This document shows, piece after piece, positions 10,123-20,288 of a stretch of 64,000 bases of DNA. Source of the DNA: Candidatus Kerfeldbacteria bacterium (GTDB taxonomy: Bacteria > Patescibacteriota > Patescibacteriia > UBA10025 > JAHIVO01); contig CP181398.1 in the NCBI GenBank assembly GCA_047946875.1, positions 463,818 to 527,817 on the forward strand. The letters run 5' to 3'. Each line of letters begins with the position of its first letter. Position 1 is the stretch's first letter. Under the pieces are notes generated by a model. The model was not told the DNA's origin. It was given only the letters and a program-made list of their open reading frames with translations, and searched no databases. The position numbers and the translations under genes were made by a program.

Positions 10123-11324
10123 TGATAATTGGAATAGATGCCTCAAGAGCAAATAAAGAAAATAAAACTGGCACAGAATGGTATGCCTATAATGTACTAG
10201 AGGAGTTTAAAAAAATCATACCAAAAGAAGACCAAGTTATTTTATACTCTAAAGATAAATTAAGAGGGGATTTGTCAAAACTTCCAAATAATTTTTCTAA
10301 CAAAATACTAAGATGGCCACCAGGTTTTTTGTGGACTCAATTGAGACTTTCTTGGGAAGTCTTTTTTCATAAGCCAGATGTATTGTTTATTCCTGCACAT
10401 ACCATCCCATTACTTTCACCAAAAAAAACAGTCACAACTTTACATGATGTGGGTTTTGAAGAATTTCATGAGTTGTATTCAAAAAAAACAATTGGTCCAG
10501 AAAATTTTATTATAAATTTCATATTTGGAATAGCTTTTAGAATATTAACTTTAGGAAAGTACAAAAATAATGAATTAGAATATCATAGATGGTCTGCTAG
10601 ATTAGCGCTAGAGAAAGCAAAAAAGGTAATTACGATTTCAGATTTTTCTATAAATGAAATAAAAAAACATTTTAATATAAGTGGTGATAAACTAGTGAAT
10701 GTATATAATTCATATAATCCTATATTTCGAAAAATTAGTGATGAAAGTGAAATTAATAAAATATTGCAAAAATATAATATTAAAGATAATTTCTTTTTGT
10801 ATATAGGTAGACTTGAAGAAAAGAAAAATATTCCAAGATTGATTGAGGCATTTAGTATTTTTAAAAAAGAAAATTTTTGTGATACAAAATTAGTTTTAGT
10901 AGGGGCGCAAGGATTTGGATATGATAGAGTGAAAAGTAATATAATAAAATATAATTTAGAGAGTGAAGTAATAGAATTAGGTTGGATAGATAATATAGAT
11001 CTACCATATTTAGTAAATGCAGCTAAGATTTTTTGCTTTCCATCATTATACGAAGGTTTTGGTATGCCGATAATTGAAGCTATGGTTTGTGGCACTCCAG
11101 TTATTACGTCTGATTTCGGCGCAATGAAAGAGGTGGCTAAAGATGCTGCTCTGTTAGTTGATTCATATAATATAAAAAATATAGCAGACGGTATGAGTAT
11201 AATTTATAATGACAATGAATTGTCTGAAAAACTAGTACAAAAAGGTTTTGAAAGAGTTAAGAGTTTTTCTTGGGAAAAAACAGCTTCAATGATAAAAGAG
11301 GTAATATATAATGTAGCTAAGTAG
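10122..11324 (+). CDS. GT4 glycosyltransferase
   Basis: IGIDASR start, GRLEEKKN, FPSLYEGFGMPIIEAM. Confidence 0.9.
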   Translation: MIIGIDASRANKENKTGTEWYAYNVLEEFKKIIPKEDQVILYSKDKLRGDLSKLPNNFSNKILRWPPGFLWTQLRLSWEVFFHKPDVLFIPAHTIPLLSPKKTVTTLHDVGFEEFHELYSKKTIGPENFIINFIFGIAFRILTLGKYKNNELEYHRWSARLALEKAKKVITISDFSINEIKKHFNISGDKLVNVYNSYNPIFRKISDESEINKILQKYNIKDNFFLYIGRLEEKKNIPRLIEAFSIFKKENFCDTKLVLVGAQGFGYDRVKSNIIKYNLESEVIELGWIDNIDLPYLVNAAKIFCFPSLYEGFGMPIIEAMVCGTPVITSDFGAMKEVAKDAALLVDSYNIKNIADGMSIIYNDNELSEKLVQKGFERVKSFSWEKTASMIKEVIYNVAK

Positions 11325-11417
11325 GTTAAATATATCAAAACATAAACTTGCAAAAAAATGCGATTTATGTTATGTTATAAATTATAAATTTATTAAATAT
11401 ATTGAAATTAGTACAGT

Positions 11418-12425
11418 ATGACTAAGTCTGAGAAAAATTTCTCATGGCCAATATTAGGTCATAGTCAAATTAAAAAGTATTTACAAAAGTCTATTGAGTC
11501 AAATAAAATTGCGCATGCATATTTATTTTACGGACCAGAGAACGTAGGTAAATCAGAAATAGCTGATATATTTTGTATGTCATTATTGTGCAAAAGTACG
11601 CTAAATAAGCCCTGTCATAAATGTAGTTCATGTAAGCAATATATTAAAGGTATTTATCCAGACGTAATAGTAATTGACAAAGAAGAAGACAAGCAAAATA
11701 TTACGATAAATCAAATTAGGAAATTACAACAAAAATTATCATTGAAATCTTTTTTAACTGATTATAAAATAACGATCATTAGAAATTCAGAGTTGATGAC
11801 TGAGCAAGCTTCAAATGCTTTATTGAAAACACTAGAAGAACCTTTTTCAAAAACAATATTTATTTTATTAACTGAAAACAAAAGTAAACTACCCGATACA
11901 ATATCTTCAAGGTGTCAAATAATAAATTTTAACCTAGTTCCAATTTTTCAAATTGAAAATTGGTTAATATTGCAAGGAATAGCTAAAAGAGATTCAAAAT
12001 TATTTGCGCATGCATCTAATGGAAGGCCTAAATTAGCAAAAGTATTCATCGATGATAAGAATTATACTGTAAATCAAAGAGAGTCCATAAAAGTATTGTT
12101 AGAAATTATAAAAAATAGTAACGTAAATGAAAAATTTTTGTTAGTTGATAAAATTATACCTAAAAAAACTGAAAATAGGATTGAATCATTAATATTTACT
12201 TTAGATCAATGGGAATATTTCATTAGAGATATTATGTTAGCTAAAAATCATAATATAAATATAATTAGTAATTACTACTTTAAAGAAACAATATCAAAAT
12301 TAGCAGAGTCTTTAAAAAATAAGAATCTAGTTACATTGTTAGAAAACATATATAAGTCAAAAAAGTTACTATTAAGTTCTGTTAATCCAAAATTAATTTT
12401 TGAAAATTTATCACTATCATTCTAA
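11418..12425 (+). CDS. holB: DNA polymerase III delta' subunit
   Basis: HAYLFYGPENVGK, C4 zinc module, ASNALLKTLEEP, TISSRCQ. Confidence 0.9.
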   Translation: MTKSEKNFSWPILGHSQIKKYLQKSIESNKIAHAYLFYGPENVGKSEIADIFCMSLLCKSTLNKPCHKCSSCKQYIKGIYPDVIVIDKEEDKQNITINQIRKLQQKLSLKSFLTDYKITIIRNSELMTEQASNALLKTLEEPFSKTIFILLTENKSKLPDTISSRCQIINFNLVPIFQIENWLILQGIAKRDSKLFAHASNGRPKLAKVFIDDKNYTVNQRESIKVLLEIIKNSNVNEKFLLVDKIIPKKTENRIESLIFTLDQWEYFIRDIMLAKNHNINIISNYYFKETISKLAESLKNKNLVTLLENIYKSKKLLLSSVNPKLIFENLSLSF

Positions 12426-12428
12426 AAT

Positions 12429-13478
12429 ATGAATAAAAAAATAATAGTTATCATATTTGTAATAATTTCAACTGTAATACTATCCGGATGTAGTATAAAA
12501 ACAAGCGCCACAAAAAGTGATGGGGGAATTTTTAAGACAACTGATTTTGGATCAAATTGGATACAAAAATCTTTTGTTGAAAACACTGAAGAAGGCGTTA
12601 TTACAATAGGTAGGACCAATACTAATTTTTTAGTTTTCGATCCAATAGATGAAGATACAATATACTTATCAACAACCGGTAACGGAGTGTATGCTACTAC
12701 TAATTCTGGGGATCAATGGTTTCCAACAACATTATCATCAGGAACCTATAAGAGCTTGAGTATTGATAGAAGAAATAATGATGTTGTTTATGTTACTGAA
12801 GGAAAAAATATATTTAAATCAGTTGATGGCTTTAAAACATGGAACAATATATATATCGAAAATAGACCAGGGCAAATTATTACGAGTGTAATTGTAGATC
12901 GTTTCAAGCCAAATGTAGTTTATGCAGCTACTACCACAAGTATTCTAAAAAGTTTTGATTATGGGAATAGTTGGGAATTACTTGACTGGGAAGGCATAGT
13001 TATAATATATATGGCACAAAGCGAAATAAACCCAAATAATTTATACGCGCTTACAAACTCAGGAATATATAAGTCTACAAACAATGCACTTGAATGGATA
13101 TTGATGAGTGAAGGTTTAACTGAATATCCAGGAGGTAATGTTATTACTTGGTTTCAATTTGATCCAAAAACTGAGAATATAATTCTCGGAACGAATTTTG
13201 GGATTATTAGAAGTACAGATGGAGCGAATACTTGGCATGATATACCAACATTATTTGAATTTAAAAAGATTGCAATTAAGCCAGTAATTTATAACCCAAA
13301 TGATTTAAGTGAATTAATTTTTGCAGTTGGTAATGTAATTTACAAAACAGACGATAGCGGTGCAACCTGGAAAACATTAAAAACAGTAGCAACTACACGA
13401 ACTATTAATTATTTAATTGCTGATCCGTATCATGATGATGTAATTTTTGCTGGTACGTATCAAGCACCTACAAAATAA
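12429..13478 (+). CDS. Lipoprotein with BNR/Asp-box beta-propeller repeats
   Basis: Lipobox LSGC; repeated S/T-x-D-x-G-x-x-W motifs. Confidence 0.75.
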   Translation: MNKKIIVIIFVIISTVILSGCSIKTSATKSDGGIFKTTDFGSNWIQKSFVENTEEGVITIGRTNTNFLVFDPIDEDTIYLSTTGNGVYATTNSGDQWFPTTLSSGTYKSLSIDRRNNDVVYVTEGKNIFKSVDGFKTWNNIYIENRPGQIITSVIVDRFKPNVVYAATTTSILKSFDYGNSWELLDWEGIVIIYMAQSEINPNNLYALTNSGIYKSTNNALEWILMSEGLTEYPGGNVITWFQFDPKTENIILGTNFGIIRSTDGANTWHDIPTLFEFKKIAIKPVIYNPNDLSELIFAVGNVIYKTDDSGATWKTLKTVATTRTINYLIADPYHDDVIFAGTYQAPTK

Positions 13479-13492
13479 ATATTAAAAAATAT

Positions 13493-14044
13493 ATGAGTAT
13501 AATAAGTGATAAAGAGTTTTATTTCGAAGATGCAATTAATTATTTAAAAAATGAACTAAACCAAATAAGGACTGGTACAGCTAATCCTTCTTTAGTAGAA
13601 AATATTAAAGTTGATTATTATGGTACTTTAACGCCATTAAATCAATTGGCAAATATAAGTATTCCAGATCCAAAGTCTATAGTGATTCAACCTTGGGATA
13701 AAAACATCATGAAGGAAATAGAAAAATCAATTCAGCAAACCGATTTAGGGTTAAATCCAGTAAACGAAGGAGAACAGCTTCGCATACCAATTCCTCCATT
13801 AACAGAAGAGAGAAGAAAAGATCTAGCAAAAAAAGTTCATGAGAAAACTGAAGATTGTAAGATTAGTATTAGAAATACACGTGAAGAAATTTGGAAAGAA
13901 ATAAAAGAGAAGAAGAATAATGGAGAGATATCAGAAGATGATATGTTTAATCAACAAAAGGAATTACAAAAATTGATTGAAGAGAAAAATAACCTCACTA
14001 AAGAAATCGGAGAGGGGAAAGAAAAAGAAGTTTTAACTTTATAA
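13493..14044 (+). CDS. frr: Ribosome recycling factor
   Basis: IRTGTANP, YYGTLTPLNQLA, PPLTEERRK. Confidence 0.95.
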   Translation: MSIISDKEFYFEDAINYLKNELNQIRTGTANPSLVENIKVDYYGTLTPLNQLANISIPDPKSIVIQPWDKNIMKEIEKSIQQTDLGLNPVNEGEQLRIPIPPLTEERRKDLAKKVHEKTEDCKISIRNTREEIWKEIKEKKNNGEISEDDMFNQQKELQKLIEEKNNLTKEIGEGKEKEVLTL

Positions 14045-14050
14045 CAAGAT

Positions 14051-15229
14051 ATGTTTCTTACCGTAATAATATTTATAGTAGTTTTAGGTTTAATAGTCTT
14101 TGTTCATGAATTAGGACATTTTTATTCTGCTAAAAAATTAGGTATTGGAGTAGAAGAGTTTGGATTTGGTTTTCCACCTAGATTATTTGGGATTCAGAAG
14201 ATTAATGGAACTAAAAAATGGAAATTTATAAAAGGGTCAAAAACTCCCGAAATTACTGCTGAAACAAAAGGTAATGTAATATATTCTTTGAATTGGATAC
14301 CTATTGGTGGATTTGTAAAAATTAAAGGTGAACAAGGTGATCAAAAAGATGAAGATGATAGTTTTTCAAGTAAAAAAATTTGGAAAAGGGTTGTAGTATT
14401 ATCAGCAGGTGTAGCTATGAATTTTATTTTTGCATTCATAATAATAAGTATAGGTTTTGGTATTGGTATTCCAAATGCAGTAGATCAAGATGTACCAGAA
14501 TCAGCAATAGTCTTTGAACAAAAAATTCAAGTAGTGGAGGTTGAATCAGAATCACCTGCAGAAGAAGCTGGTATTAAACTCGGTGACATTATTGTATCTT
14601 CCAAGGAAGTATTTTTTGTAACAACGCAGGATTTTCAAGATTTTGCTGGTCCAAATTTAAATAATGAAATTATTTTAACCATCGATAGAGCTGGTGAAGA
14701 AATTGTGGTGAATGTAATTCCTGAAGATTTGAATGATAACGGTAAAGGAGCAGTAGGTATTTGGTTAGCAGATATTGGACTTATCAAATATCCTTGGTAT
14801 ATGGCTATATGGATGGGGGCTAAAACCACCGTCCAAATAACTTGGCAGATTCTAGTTGCTTTTTTTGAACTAATTAAAAACTTAATTATAACTCAAGAAG
14901 CGGGAATGGAATTAGCAGGACCAGTTGGTATTGCAGTTTTAACTGGTCAGGTAGCTAAACTTGGATTTATATATTTATTGCAATTTGCAGCGATACTTTC
15001 AATCAATTTAGGTATTATTAATTTTATACCCTTTCCAGCGCTAGATGGAGGAAGAGTTCTGTTTTTATTAATTGAAAAAATTCGAAAAAAACCAATGAAT
15101 GAAAAGATAGAAGCGATGATGCACAACTTCGGATTTTTATTACTAATACTACTTGTCCTTTTCGTTACATTTAAGGATATTAGTAAGTATGGCGACTCAA
15201 TAAAAGGATTTTTTACAAATATATTTTAA
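14051..15229 (+). CDS. rseP: RIP metalloprotease RseP (M50 with PDZ)
   Basis: HELGH, IPIGGFVKI, NFIPFPALDGG. Confidence 0.92.
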   Translation: MFLTVIIFIVVLGLIVFVHELGHFYSAKKLGIGVEEFGFGFPPRLFGIQKINGTKKWKFIKGSKTPEITAETKGNVIYSLNWIPIGGFVKIKGEQGDQKDEDDSFSSKKIWKRVVVLSAGVAMNFIFAFIIISIGFGIGIPNAVDQDVPESAIVFEQKIQVVEVESESPAEEAGIKLGDIIVSSKEVFFVTTQDFQDFAGPNLNNEIILTIDRAGEEIVVNVIPEDLNDNGKGAVGIWLADIGLIKYPWYMAIWMGAKTTVQITWQILVAFFELIKNLIITQEAGMELAGPVGIAVLTGQVAKLGFIYLLQFAAILSINLGIINFIPFPALDGGRVLFLLIEKIRKKPMNEKIEAMMHNFGFLLLILLVLFVTFKDISKYGDSIKGFFTNIF

Positions 15230-15247
15230 TTATAAGGAAATTAAACC

Positions 15248-16309
15248 GTGGGAATATTTAATAACTTTTTTGGAAAATTTTCTAGAGATATGGGCATTGA
15301 TTTAGGTACTGCAAATACCTTGGTTTATGTTAAGGATAAAGGGATAATTATAAATGAACCTTCGGTTGTAGCTGTTAATACAAGAAATGATCAAATATTA
15401 GCAGTTGGCGAAGAAGCTCAAAAAATGATTGGTAAAACTCCTGCTCATATAGTTGCATCACGACCATTAGTTGATGGTGTGATCTCCGATTTTGAAATAA
15501 CTGAGAAAATGTTAAAATATTTTATTGACAAGGTTCATCGTGAAAGTTTTTCTATTTTGCCTAGACCACGAATTGTAATTGGTATTCCATTGGGTGTAAC
15601 AGAAGTTGAAAGAAAAGCAGTAGAAGATGCCTGTTTGAGTGCTGGTGCACGTGAAGTATTTCTAATAGAAGAGCCAATGGCTGCTGCTATTGGTGCAAGA
15701 ATGCCAATACAAGAAGCCACTGGTAGCATGGTAGTTGATATAGGTGGTGGAACAACAGAAATCGCTGTTATCTCATTAGGTGGAGTTATTACATGGAAGT
15801 CTATACGAATCGCAGGTGATGAGTTAGATAAAAATATTATACAATACGCCCGGGACCATTTTAATTTGTTGCTTGGAGATAGAACAGCTGAGGTTATTAA
15901 ATTAAAAATTGGATCTGCTTTTTCTTCTGAGGATCCTTTGACAACCACTATGAGAGGTAGAGATTTAATAACAGGTTTACCAAAAGAAGTAGAAGTAAAT
16001 AGTAATCACGTTCGTGAAGCAATTTCTAGATCATTAAGACAAATTATTGAAAATATAAAATCAACAATTGAAATAACACCCCCAGAATTAGTAGCTGATA
16101 TATTTGAAAGAGGTATAGTGTTGACCGGTGGTGGTGCTTTATTGAATAATTTAGATAAATTAATAAACCGTGAAACTAAAATACCTGTACATATTACAGA
16201 TGATCCTTTAACAGCTGTAGCAAGAGGTACGGGTATAGTATTAGATGACCTTGAAGCTTTAAAAGAAGTATTAGCTGATTCAGTTGATGCAAATACTTTT
16301 AAAAACTAA
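15248..16309 (+). CDS. mreB: Rod shape-determining protein MreB
   Basis: GIDLGTANT, VDIGGGTTE; first gene of the mreBCD-mrdA operon; GTG start. Confidence 0.95.
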   Translation: MGIFNNFFGKFSRDMGIDLGTANTLVYVKDKGIIINEPSVVAVNTRNDQILAVGEEAQKMIGKTPAHIVASRPLVDGVISDFEITEKMLKYFIDKVHRESFSILPRPRIVIGIPLGVTEVERKAVEDACLSAGAREVFLIEEPMAAAIGARMPIQEATGSMVVDIGGGTTEIAVISLGGVITWKSIRIAGDELDKNIIQYARDHFNLLLGDRTAEVIKLKIGSAFSSEDPLTTTMRGRDLITGLPKEVEVNSNHVREAISRSLRQIIENIKSTIEITPPELVADIFERGIVLTGGGALLNNLDKLINRETKIPVHITDDPLTAVARGTGIVLDDLEALKEVLADSVDANTFKN

Positions 16310-16312
16310 ACT

Positions 16313-17128
16313 ATGAAGAAGATTCTTGCTACAAAATGGGGAATGGTAATTTTAGGTATTATTATTGTTATTGTATTAATTTCTTTGACAAGATTTGGAG
16401 TATTTAAATTTGCCGACAGCACTATGTCATATGCATTTTCACCTATACAGTCATTTTTTTCGTCGAGTGCAGATAAAATTTCAAACTTTTTTGTATATTT
16501 TAGTGATATTAAAGATTTGCAAAAAGAAAACGAATCACTAAATGAAGAAATTTCATTATTAACTGTTGAAAATCTTCAATTGCAAAGTACAATCAAAAGC
16601 AGTGAAATAGTGCTTGAAGAATTAAAATATATTACTGAATATAATTATAATTCAGTTACTGCAAAAATTGTTAGTAGAGGGATAGGAGATTATTTAAATT
16701 CTATTATTATTAATAAAGGTTTAAATGATAATATACAAAAAGGTTTCCCAGTTATAGCAAATTCTGGTCATTTGATTGGTAAAATTATTGAAGTTAACGA
16801 TTATACTTCAAAAGTAATACTATTAAATGATAATCATAGTAAAGTGAGCGCTTTAATACAAAATAGTGATCTTAGTCCAGGTATAGTTGCTGGTCAGTAT
16901 GGAATTACGCTTAGGATGATTCTTGTACCACAAGATCAGCTGATTCAAAATGAAGAAATTGTTATAACTTCAGGAATTGAAGAATTTATACCTGCTGATT
17001 TGATTATAGGTAAAATATCAGGTGTGTTTAAAAAAGAAAGTGAGCTTTTTCAAGAGGCAGATGTAGAGCCAATTGTAGATTATAGTAATTTAAGTATTGT
17101 TTCAGTAATACTACCCGTTAATGATTAA
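16313..17128 (+). CDS. mreC: Rod shape-determining protein MreC
   Basis: TM, coiled coil, INKG, ITSG..FIP..IG motifs; synteny. Confidence 0.9.
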   Translation: MKKILATKWGMVILGIIIVIVLISLTRFGVFKFADSTMSYAFSPIQSFFSSSADKISNFFVYFSDIKDLQKENESLNEEISLLTVENLQLQSTIKSSEIVLEELKYITEYNYNSVTAKIVSRGIGDYLNSIIINKGLNDNIQKGFPVIANSGHLIGKIIEVNDYTSKVILLNDNHSKVSALIQNSDLSPGIVAGQYGITLRMILVPQDQLIQNEEIVITSGIEEFIPADLIIGKISGVFKKESELFQEADVEPIVDYSNLSIVSVILPVND

Positions 17129-17645
17129 AAAAATATTACTACCTTTAATAATTATTCTTGTCAGTTTATTTCAAGTAAGCTTTATTGGGGAATTTGATTT
17201 TTTAAGAAATAATTTACAATTACTATTAGTCATAGTTATTGTGTTAACTTTCTATAGTTCATATAAGTCTGTTTTAATTTTTAGTATAATATCTGGTTTT
17301 ATTGTAGATTTATTTTCAATTTATAATTTTGGTGTTACCACTGCAGCATTTTTAATTACATTTTTACTAATAAATTTATTATTTAAAAGATTAATATCAA
17401 ATAAAGAAACATACTCATTGATTTTAGTTACTTTAATAGGTACAGTAGTTTATAACGTTTTTCTTTTTCTAGTAACAAATTCATTATATATAATTAATTT
17501 AAATTCCGTAAGAATTATATTTTCTTTTGATTTTTTGTACTCAATAATTTGGCAATTGATTATTCATTCATTTCTTATAATCATTATGTTAGTTTTAACA
17601 AAATTCATAAATAAGAAGTTAGTATCGAAATTTTTTATCAGTTAA
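17121..17645 (+). CDS. mreD: Rod shape-determining protein MreD
   Basis: Hydrophobic, GFIVDLFS..FG motif; lies between mreC and mrdA. Confidence 0.8.
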   Translation: MIKKILLPLIIILVSLFQVSFIGEFDFLRNNLQLLLVIVIVLTFYSSYKSVLIFSIISGFIVDLFSIYNFGVTTAAFLITFLLINLLFKRLISNKETYSLILVTLIGTVVYNVFLFLVTNSLYIINLNSVRIIFSFDFLYSIIWQLIIHSFLIIIMLVLTKFINKKLVSKFFIS

Positions 17646-17656
17646 AAACCTTTTGA

Positions 17657-19573
17657 ATGGGACAAGATATTTTTAATATACATAGTGATGTTAACGACAC
17701 AGTGGAACGTGATCATCATAAAACAAAGTGGATAGAAGAGTCATTTTCTCCAGGTGAAAAAGAGGATGACTATATATCATCAAATTTTGATATTGGTAAA
17801 TTAAGAATATTATTTTTTGTAATATTGGCAATATTTATTTTTATAATAATTCGATTAGCATTTTTACAAATATATAAAGGAGATGAGTATCGTATTGCAG
17901 CTGAGGATAATAGATTGAGAATTGAAGAAATTAAAGCACCAAGGGGAGAAATTTTAGATCGAAATAGTAATGTATTGGTAAATAATATTCCAAATTTCAT
18001 TTTGTACTTTATACCAGCAGATTTGTCAACGGACGAATATTTAAGGGAATCAATAATTAATAAAATATCAAGTATATTGGATGTTGATCCTTATAATATA
18101 AGACAAATAATTGAATCAGAACAGGATTTTACTTTTAATAAAGTAGTTATTGAAGATCATATTTCTTATGATAAATCTTTATTATTGAATATAGCTAGTT
18201 CTGAATTACCTGGTATTGTATTAGAAACAACAAGTTTTCGTAATTATCTGACAAGTAACAATTATTCTCATCTATTGGGTTATATGGGGAAGGTTACAGA
18301 AAATGATTTGGAAGATGAAGAATTAAATTTTTCTCGTGATGATTATTTAGGAAAATCAGGAATTGAATTGTTTTACGAAAAAGAATTAAAGGGGGTACAT
18401 GGACAAAAAGAAATTGAAGTAAATTCATTTGGTAAAGAAAATAAAATTGTAAATATTTTAGAATCTCAGTCTGGTAGTACTTTAGTTCTTACCATTGATT
18501 CAGGTTTACAAAATGTATTGGGTGATAATTTAGAAGAAGTAATAAATAGCAAAGAAAGTATAACTGGTGGTGCAGCTATAGCTATTAATCCAACAAATGG
18601 AGAGGTTCTAGCATTAGTTTCAGCACCAAATTTTGACTCGAATAAATTCACTTTAGGTTTAAATCAAGAGGAATATGATGAAATAATAAATAACCCTAAA
18701 AAACCTTTATTCAATAGAGCAATTACTGGAGAATACCCATCTGGGTCTACAATTAAACCGGTTGTCTCTTTAGCTGCTCTTGAGGAAGGGATAGTAACTG
18801 AAAACACCACTTTTTTAAGTACCGGTGGAGTGCGTATTGATAAATGGTTTTTCCCTGACTGGAAGGCTGGTGGACATGGTATTACTGATGTAAGAAAAGC
18901 TTTAGCTGAATCAGTTAATACTTACTTTTATATGGTAGGTGGAGGGGATAATGAAACTACAACTGGATTAGGTGTTAGTACACTAACTAAATACATGAGC
19001 ATGTTTGGCTTAGGCCATACTTCAGGAATTGATCTGGTCGGTGAGTCATCAGGTTTTTTGCCATCAAAAGAATGGAAAGAAGAAATTAAAAATGAGAGAT
19101 GGTATATTGGAGATACTTATCATCTAAGTATTGGACAAGGTGATTTATTAGTAACCCCATTACAAGTAGCAAATTATACAGCAACGATTGCTAATGGTGG
19201 TACAGAGTATAAGCCTAGATTGCTAAAATCAATTGTCCCTAAAGATGATTCTGAAGAACAATTAATTGAACCAATAATTGTTAAACAAGATTTTTTAACT
19301 AAATATTATTATCAAATTGTTAAAGAGGGACTACGTGATGGTGTGCTTTATGGAAGTTCGAGATCATTAGGATCATTACCTGTTAGTTCGGCTGGTAAAA
19401 CTGGTACTGCTCAATTTGGAAATAAGGGAGAGACACATGCCTGGTTTACTTCATTTGCTCCATATGAATCACCAGAGATAGTGATAACTGTGTTAGTAGA
19501 AGGTGGAGGTGGCGGAGAAGCTGTTGCATTACCTATTGCAAAAAAAGGACTCGAATATTGGTTTTCTAAGTAA
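17657..19573 (+). CDS. mrdA: Penicillin-binding protein 2
   Basis: APRGEILDRN, GSTIK (SxxK), SVN (SxN), KTGTAQ. Confidence 0.92.
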   Translation: MGQDIFNIHSDVNDTVERDHHKTKWIEESFSPGEKEDDYISSNFDIGKLRILFFVILAIFIFIIIRLAFLQIYKGDEYRIAAEDNRLRIEEIKAPRGEILDRNSNVLVNNIPNFILYFIPADLSTDEYLRESIINKISSILDVDPYNIRQIIESEQDFTFNKVVIEDHISYDKSLLLNIASSELPGIVLETTSFRNYLTSNNYSHLLGYMGKVTENDLEDEELNFSRDDYLGKSGIELFYEKELKGVHGQKEIEVNSFGKENKIVNILESQSGSTLVLTIDSGLQNVLGDNLEEVINSKESITGGAAIAINPTNGEVLALVSAPNFDSNKFTLGLNQEEYDEIINNPKKPLFNRAITGEYPSGSTIKPVVSLAALEEGIVTENTTFLSTGGVRIDKWFFPDWKAGGHGITDVRKALAESVNTYFYMVGGGDNETTTGLGVSTLTKYMSMFGLGHTSGIDLVGESSGFLPSKEWKEEIKNERWYIGDTYHLSIGQGDLLVTPLQVANYTATIANGGTEYKPRLLKSIVPKDDSEEQLIEPIIVKQDFLTKYYYQIVKEGLRDGVLYGSSRSLGSLPVSSAGKTGTAQFGNKGETHAWFTSFAPYESPEIVITVLVEGGGGGEAVALPIAKKGLEYWFSK

Positions 19574-19737
19574 AATATTATTAACTCTATAATCAACTTG
19601 ACAAAATATTGATAAAGTAGGATTATAAAGAAGTAAAAATAATATATATAAATCAAGCAGAATAATAAATTGCCATGTGTTATATTTATTATGTTAAAAA
19701 TTGTAATATATATTTTTAATCAAGTAATTAAAGTATT

Positions 19738-20214
19738 ATGAATAAATTGAATGATCAGGTAACATTTATAACATCCGAAGGTAAACAAAAATTAATAGAT
19801 GAGTTGGATGATCTAGTAAATATTCAAAGGATTAAAATTAGTAAAAGAATTCAAGAAGCAAAGGAATTAGGTGATTTATCAGAAAATGCAGAATATGCAG
19901 AGGCTAAAAATGATCAAGCTTTTAATGATGGTAGAATTTTGGAAGTTAAAGCTACTTTAAGAACGGCAACTGTAATAAAAAAAGATAAAGGTAATAAAAA
20001 TAAAATTGGTCTGGGAGCTAAAATCAAGATCAAAGAAGATGATAAAACTTTGGAGTACCATATAGTGGGTTTTAATGAAGCAGATCCTGCGGGAGGTAAA
20101 ATTTCTAATGAATCACCAATCGGACAAGCTTTTTTAGGTAAAATTGTAGGTGATATAGTAGAAATAGACATACCTTCTGGTAAAAAACGATTTGAAATTC
20201 TTTCAATATCTTAA
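19738..20214 (+). CDS. greA: Transcription elongation factor GreA
   Basis: GDLSENAEY, ISNESPIG. Confidence 0.95.
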   Translation: MNKLNDQVTFITSEGKQKLIDELDDLVNIQRIKISKRIQEAKELGDLSENAEYAEAKNDQAFNDGRILEVKATLRTATVIKKDKGNKNKIGLGAKIKIKEDDKTLEYHIVGFNEADPAGGKISNESPIGQAFLGKIVGDIVEIDIPSGKKRFEILSIS

Positions 20215-20288
20215 ACGACACTAACCATGAACAGGCAGTTGCCTGATAGTATATTTTTTGGTATTCTTAAAATAATAAATACATAATT

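Noticed and set aside
19598-19614. 17-bp identity (TTGACAAAATATTGATA) between the greA upstream region and the abrB promoter (58169-58185)
   Set aside because: It consists of a consensus -35 plus AT-rich bases, so it is plausibly chance; there is no further shared context.
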